Assembly: GCA_964387145.1 (NCBI GenBank)
Contig: CAYLVM010000003.1
Location: 2,407 to 66,406 of the forward strand
From: an uncultured Acidimicrobiaceae bacterium
Lineage (GTDB): Bacteria > Actinomycetota > Acidimicrobiia > Spongiisociales > UBA5794
Direction of reading: 5' to 3'
Length of the DNA: 64,000 bases
Notes under the pieces: generated by a model
Databases searched by the model: none
What the model saw: only the letters and a program-made list of their open reading frames with translations
Told to the model about the DNA's origin: nothing
Position numbers and translations under genes: made by a program
Shown here: positions 59,519 through 64,000 of the stretch, piece after piece
How positions within the stretch are numbered: position 1 is the stretch's first letter
How the letters are laid out: each line of letters begins with the position of its first letter

Positions 59519-60171
59519 ACACGGTTCGTCGGAGGATGGTGGCCGCTGCCGAGCGCGCCGGTCGCAACGCCGACGAGATCGATCTGGTAGTGGTTTCCAA
59601 GATGCGATCCAACGAGGAGGTTCTCAGCGTCTATCGGTCGGGGGAGAGGATCTTCGGGGAGAACCGTCAGCAGGGCCTCAGAGCGAGAGTCGAAGCGGAC
59701 TTCCCCGATGACATCACGTGGCACTTCATAGGCCCGTTGCAGTCTCGCAAGGCCCGGTACGTGGCTGCCCATGTCGGGCTGCTCCACTCACTCGATCGCT
59801 TGTCCCTTGCCGAGCGTTGGGTTGCCGTGCACGGCGGCCCAGCGCTCGTTCAGTTCAATCTCGCCGGTGAACCTCAGAAGGTCGGGTTCGATCCACAGAG
59901 CGCAGACGAGGTACTCGCAGGTGTCCTCGAGATCGGTGTCGATGTCCGCGGTGTCATGGCCATCCCGCCGCTCGTCGAAGACCCCGCAGAGTCAGCGCCG
60001 TGGTTCGCCCTGTTGCGAGGGATCTTCGAACGCTATCGTGAGGAGTCGCCACTCATCGATGTGTGTTCGATGGGCATGACGAACGACTTCGAGGTCGCCA
60101 TAGCGGAGGGTGCCACCACCATTCGCGTGGGAAGGGCTATCTTTGAGGGTACGAACACCGCCCGGCACTGA
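59500..60171 (+). CDS. yggS: YggS-family pyridoxal phosphate homeostasis protein
   Basis: VVVSK PLP-lysine, HFIGPLQSRK, alanine-racemase N-terminal fold. Confidence 0.85.
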   Translation: MDSPGLNTVRRRMVAAAERAGRNADEIDLVVVSKMRSNEEVLSVYRSGERIFGENRQQGLRARVEADFPDDITWHFIGPLQSRKARYVAAHVGLLHSLDRLSLAERWVAVHGGPALVQFNLAGEPQKVGFDPQSADEVLAGVLEIGVDVRGVMAIPPLVEDPAESAPWFALLRGIFERYREESPLIDVCSMGMTNDFEVAIAEGATTIRVGRAIFEGTNTARH

Positions 60172-60191
60172 CGACACGTGGGAACGACGCA

Positions 60192-60794
60192 ATGGCATCA
60201 ATCTGGAACAAGACGCTCTTCTATCTCGGGCTCGTCGACGACGAGGAGCAAGGTGCAGACACAGCTGCTCCTGTCGTCGACACACGCTCGACTACGCCTC
60301 AAGCGCCTCCGCCAAGGGCCCCGGAACCCTACGAGTCTGCGACCGCGTCGGTTCGGCCCCCCGGCACCGTCCCGGTGTCTGGGCGACGTGTCGAACCGCC
60401 CGCATCGACGGCGCGTCAGGTGTCTGGCGATCGAAAGCATGCGGAAGCAGGTGTCCTCATTCACCCCAACGCAGGTTCGATGTCGACCGCCGAAGTGCCG
60501 GTGCGCCGTTCGGAGCCCGAGTCCCAGATCATCGTCGCCCGGAACTTCTCTGATGCCCAGACGCTTGCAGACTCGATCCGGGCCGGACGCACCGTCGTGC
60601 TCGATCTGAGAAGTACGGAACCAGAGATGGTCCGCAGGATCGTCGATTTCGCATCAGGTCTCACCTACGCGCTCGACGGCAAGATGTCCAAGACGACCCA
60701 GGGGGTCATCCTCGTGACACCGACGGGTGTTTCTCTCGGTGTCGGTGAGCAGGAGCGACTCGCGCGTCTCGGTCTCTTCGCCCAGTCGATCTGA
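60192..60794 (+). CDS. sepF: cell division protein SepF
   Basis: MASIWNKTLFYLGLVDDEE N-terminus and the C-terminal SepF domain (VVLDLRSTEPEMVRRIVDFASG). Confidence 0.85.
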   Translation: MASIWNKTLFYLGLVDDEEQGADTAAPVVDTRSTTPQAPPPRAPEPYESATASVRPPGTVPVSGRRVEPPASTARQVSGDRKHAEAGVLIHPNAGSMSTAEVPVRRSEPESQIIVARNFSDAQTLADSIRAGRTVVLDLRSTEPEMVRRIVDFASGLTYALDGKMSKTTQGVILVTPTGVSLGVGEQERLARLGLFAQSI

Positions 60795-60795
60795 C

Positions 60796-61059
60796 GTGAG
60801 TCTCCTCCGATCACTGATCCAACTGCTCTCGCTTGCGCTGCTGGCGTGGATTGTCCTGTCGTACATCGTCGTGTTCGGTCGCGTGCCGTGGGATCACCCG
60901 ATCCGCAAGGCGTATGACTTCCTTTCACGGATGATCGAGCCGATCCTCCGGCCAATTCGCGCCGTGGTTCCTCCGCTACGGATGGGCGGCGGGGCACTCG
61001 ATCTGTCTCCACTGATCCTCATCTTCGGTCTTCAGATCCTCTCGAACCTTCTCCGCTGA
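60796..61059 (+). CDS. yggT: YggT-family membrane protein
   Basis: GTG start 1 nt after the sepF stop; two-TM YggT pattern. Confidence 0.7.
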   Translation: MSLLRSLIQLLSLALLAWIVLSYIVVFGRVPWDHPIRKAYDFLSRMIEPILRPIRAVVPPLRMGGGALDLSPLILIFGLQILSNLLR

Positions 61060-61071
61060 CACGACGAGGCG

Positions 61072-64000
61072 TCACTCGATCCTGTCGATACCGAGACCGA
61101 CGCTGGAACCGGCGATATCGACGCGCTCTGTGCCACCGGACGCGTCGGCGACGATCTCTGTAGCCAGTACCTCGCCTGCGATGAAGGACTCGTGCCTGGA
61201 GAACGCCTCGGCGATGTTGTCGTCGGGACAGTTCCATCGCAGGACGATCCGGTCGGTGACGTCGAGACCATGGGACCGTCTCAGCCCCTGAACGCGGTTG
61301 ACCAGTTCCCTCGCGAGACCCTCGATGCGTAGATCGTCGTCGAGTCTCGTGTCGAGGGCGACCGATATCGGTCCTTCGGAAGCGACGACCGTGCCTTCGC
61401 GCGGCGTGCGGGCCACGATGAGGTCGTCCTGTGTGACGGTGACTCCCCCCGCGTCGGTGGTGCCACCGTCGAGGAGAGCTGCGATCGCTTCGTGCCCGAG
61501 TTCAGCGATAGCGGAGGCAACCGTCTTCATGTCCTTCCCGAGTTTCGGGCCGAGGACTTTGAAGTTCGCCTTGGCTTCGAGATCGACGAGTCCTGCTTCG
61601 TCGCTATGGACCTCGACGGTTCGCACGTTGAGCTCGTCGGTGATCAGCGCGCTGTGGCTTTCAACGGCTCGCTTCACTTCCTCAGATCGCGTCACGATCG
61701 TCACTGTGTGGAGGGGTTGACGGACGCGGAGGTCGTGGCGCTTGCGCAGACCGCGTCCGAGGTTGACGACGGTGCGAACGATGGACATCCCAGACTCGAG
61801 TTCGGCGTCGATCGACGTGTGATCGGCGACCGGGTAGTCGGTGTGGTGGACACTGGCGGGAGCGTCCGGGTCGACCGAGCGGACGAGGCCCTGGTACATC
61901 TCCTCGGTGATGAACGGCAGTATCGGAGCGGCAACTGCTGCGAAGGTGGTGAGTACCTCGTAGAGCGTTGCGAACGCAGCCATCTTGTCGACGATGTCGT
62001 CGCTGTCGCGTCGGGACCAGAAGCGGCGCCGGGAACGTCGTATGTACCAGTTCGTGAGATCGCCGACGAATCCAATGATCGGTGGTACGACCGCGTAGAG
62101 GCGGTACGCCTCCATCTCCTCGTTCACACTCCCGATCAGGGATTGGAGCACCGAGACGACCCAGCGATCGATCTCTGGCCGCTCGGCGAGCGGGGGAGCC
62201 GTGGCGAGGTCGTGTGCCGTGAGACCGTCGGCATCGGCGTACGTCGCAAAGAACGAGTACGAGTTCCACAGTGGCAACAGGACGGTGCGAATGACCTCGC
62301 GCACACCGGCCTCGGAGAAGCGCAGCGGCTCGCCGCGCACGATCGGTGAGTTGATCAGATAGGCACGGAGGGCATCGGCGCCGAAGGCGTCGATCACGTG
62401 GGATGGATCCGGGTAGTTCTTGAGTGATTTGGACATCTTGCGGCCGTCTTCAGCGAGAACCATGCCGGTGACGATGCAGTTCTGGAACGGTGCCTCGTCG
62501 CGGATCGCCGTCGACAGGACGAGCAGCGTATAGAACCATCCACGCGTCTGATCGAGACCCTCAGCGATGAAGTCTGCTGGAAAGCGGTTCTCGAAGCGTG
62601 CCTCGTTCTCGAACGGGTAGTGGATCTGGGCGAAGGGCATCGAGCCGCTCTCGAACCAGCAGTCGAGGACCTCAGGGATCCTCGTCATGGTCCCGCCACA
62701 GGTCGCACACGGGAACGTGACGAGATCGACGACGTGCTTATGGAGATCGTCGAGCATCGTGCCAGACAGATCGAACAGCTGCTCACGAGAGCCCACAGCG
62801 ATCTGTTCGTCGCACCGATCGCACTCCCACACCGGGATGCACGATCCCCAGTAGCGGTTCCGTGAGATCGCCCAGTCACGTGCACCTTCGAGCCAGTTCC
62901 CGAACCTCTTCTCTCCAATGGCGGTGGGCACCCACAGGATGTCCCGGTTCACCTCGACCATGCGGTCTCGGAACTTCTCGACGGCCACGAACCAGGTCGG
63001 GATCGCCTTGTAGATGAGCGGTGTTCCGGTCCTCCAGCAGAAGGGGTACGAGTGCCTCAGCGTGGAGCGACGTACGAGAGCACCTCGTTCGTCGAGGAGG
63101 TCCATCAGCCTGGCATCCGCGTCCTTGACGTTGACGCCTGCAACCTCGGGGACCTCATCGGTGAAGCGCGCTTCGGCATCGACCGGGTCGACGAGTGAGG
63201 TGATCCCGGCGGCCTGCATCGCAAGGAAGTCGGCCTCACCGTACGCAGGCGCCATGTGGACGAGGCCGGTCCCTTCGACGGTCGTGACCTCGGGTGAGGT
63301 GATCACGTTGAATGCACCATCGGCACGTTCAGAGGTGAAGTAGTCGAACGGAGGCTCGTACACCGTGCCGACCAGGTCTCTGCCGGGCGCCGTCGTATCG
63401 ATCGATACATCCTCACCGAAGACGGTAGCGACGAGATCGCTTGCCACCCAGTAGCGGCGATCATCCTGTGGCACCGATACGCGTGCGTACTCGATGTCCT
63501 CTCCAACGGCGATGGCCAGGTTGGAGGGAACGGTCCATGGTGTCGTCGTCCAGAACACGAGCCAATCGCCAACAGCAACCGGGCCGCTGGCGTCGGTGAC
63601 GCGCACACGAACGGTGATGGCAGGATCATCGACGTCGCGATAGTCGAGGTTCGCCTCGAAGTTCGACAAGGGTGTCGTTGCCCCGTATGAGTAGGGAAGC
63701 ACCTTGAAGTCCTGGTAGATGTACCCGCGATCCCAGAGTTCCTTGAACACCCACCACACGGACTCCATGAAGTCGGTGTCCATCGTCTTGTAGTCGTTGT
63801 CGAAATCGACCCAGCGCCCGATACGCCTCGTGATGTCGTACCAGTCCTCAGTCGTGTTGTTGACCATCACACGGCACGCCTCGTTGAACGTGTCGATGCC
63901 AAGTTCTGCGATCTCGCGTGGCCCGGAGACACCGAGTTGTTTCTCGACCTCCATCTCGACGGGAAGGCCGTGTGTGTCCCAGCCGAACCGACGCTCGACC
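61072..64000 (-). CDS. ileS: isoleucine--tRNA ligase (partial; N-terminus beyond the window end)
   Basis: Class I aaRS motifs (KMSKS) and Zn-binding CxxC pairs; the ORF is still open at position 64000. Confidence 0.9.
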   Translation of the reverse strand, partial: VERRFGWDTHGLPVEMEVEKQLGVSGPREIAELGIDTFNEACRVMVNNTTEDWYDITRRIGRWVDFDNDYKTMDTDFMESVWWVFKELWDRGYIYQDFKVLPYSYGATTPLSNFEANLDYRDVDDPAITVRVRVTDASGPVAVGDWLVFWTTTPWTVPSNLAIAVGEDIEYARVSVPQDDRRYWVASDLVATVFGEDVSIDTTAPGRDLVGTVYEPPFDYFTSERADGAFNVITSPEVTTVEGTGLVHMAPAYGEADFLAMQAAGITSLVDPVDAEARFTDEVPEVAGVNVKDADARLMDLLDERGALVRRSTLRHSYPFCWRTGTPLIYKAIPTWFVAVEKFRDRMVEVNRDILWVPTAIGEKRFGNWLEGARDWAISRNRYWGSCIPVWECDRCDEQIAVGSREQLFDLSGTMLDDLHKHVVDLVTFPCATCGGTMTRIPEVLDCWFESGSMPFAQIHYPFENEARFENRFPADFIAEGLDQTRGWFYTLLVLSTAIRDEAPFQNCIVTGMVLAEDGRKMSKSLKNYPDPSHVIDAFGADALRAYLINSPIVRGEPLRFSEAGVREVIRTVLLPLWNSYSFFATYADADGLTAHDLATAPPLAERPEIDRWVVSVLQSLIGSVNEEMEAYRLYAVVPPIIGFVGDLTNWYIRRSRRRFWSRRDSDDIVDKMAAFATLYEVLTTFAAVAAPILPFITEEMYQGLVRSVDPDAPASVHHTDYPVADHTSIDAELESGMSIVRTVVNLGRGLRKRHDLRVRQPLHTVTIVTRSEEVKRAVESHSALITDELNVRTVEVHSDEAGLVDLEAKANFKVLGPKLGKDMKTVASAIAELGHEAIAALLDGGTTDAGGVTVTQDDLIVARTPREGTVVASEGPISVALDTRLDDDLRIEGLARELVNRVQGLRRSHGLDVTDRIVLRWNCPDDNIAEAFSRHESFIAGEVLATEIVADASGGTERVDIAGSSVGLGIDRIE

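Noticed and set aside
1-64000. rRNA, tRNA, CRISPR arrays, integrase or prophage genes
   Set aside because: No conserved rRNA/tRNA signatures, no regularly spaced 25-40 nt direct repeats with unique spacers, and no tyrosine integrase, portal, terminase or capsid homologues were seen. The only recombinase-like gene is the degenerate resolvase-fold protein described above.

Overview
This 64-kb window comes from a high-GC (~65%) Gram-positive-type chromosome. The dcw cluster lacks ftsA and carries sepF, which is Actinobacteria-like. murB sits inside the cluster and no divIVA follows yggT, which points to a non-classical lineage such as Acidimicrobiia; this is inference only. The window is mostly core metabolism, read with the supplied ORF track and by eye on both strands.

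Gene blocks, in order:
- The partial C-terminus of a Cys/Met-metabolism PLP enzyme, overlapping a convergent nitroreductase.
- A three-gene proton-translocating transhydrogenase operon, pntAA-pntAB-pntB.
- An APC-family amino-acid permease.
- A frameshifted DUF222/HNH (REP13E12-like) endonuclease, annotated as a pseudogene.
- A minus-strand block: DHDPS-family gene, gnd, leuB, leuA, ilvC, ilvN and ilvB.
- A divergent NYN-domain protein.
- An orphan sensor histidine kinase abutting an LLM-class oxidoreductase.
- queG, a metallophosphoesterase, a SAM methyltransferase, an SRPBCC protein, an ArsA-like ATPase, a ROK glucokinase, a DUF1232 protein and an aminotransferase.
- The fabD-fabH-fabG-acpP-fabF cluster.
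- Membrane and secreted hypotheticals, a histidine phosphatase, a DUF3040 protein and a MerR regulator.
- The MoxR-DUF58-transglutaminase operon.
- A small accessory segment: an acidic hypothetical, a catalytically degenerate serine-recombinase-like gene divergent from a McrA-like HNH endonuclease, and a universal stress protein.
- The full dcw cluster: mraZ-rsmH-ftsL-ftsI-murE-murF-mraY-murD-ftsW-murG-murC-murB-ftsQ-ftsZ-pgeF-yggS-sepF-yggT.
- Convergent with the dcw cluster, ileS (partial, running off the window).

Structure in the non-coding sequence:
- A classical ilvB leader-peptide attenuator. The leader is MNTPLNVVLILI, followed by two hairpins and a T-tract.
- An mraZ promoter with four GTGG(G/C) direct repeats at exact 10-bp spacing, consistent with MraZ boxes.
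- A family of tandem heptamer arrays (GAWCTGT / CTGTGAAC) at four gene-boundary loci.
- Two of these arrays, with an adjacent conserved block, form roughly 80-90 bp imperfect inverted repeats. They bracket the recombinase-like/HNH gene pair, making it a candidate cryptic mobile or invertible module.

No rRNA, tRNA or CRISPR was recognisable by eye.
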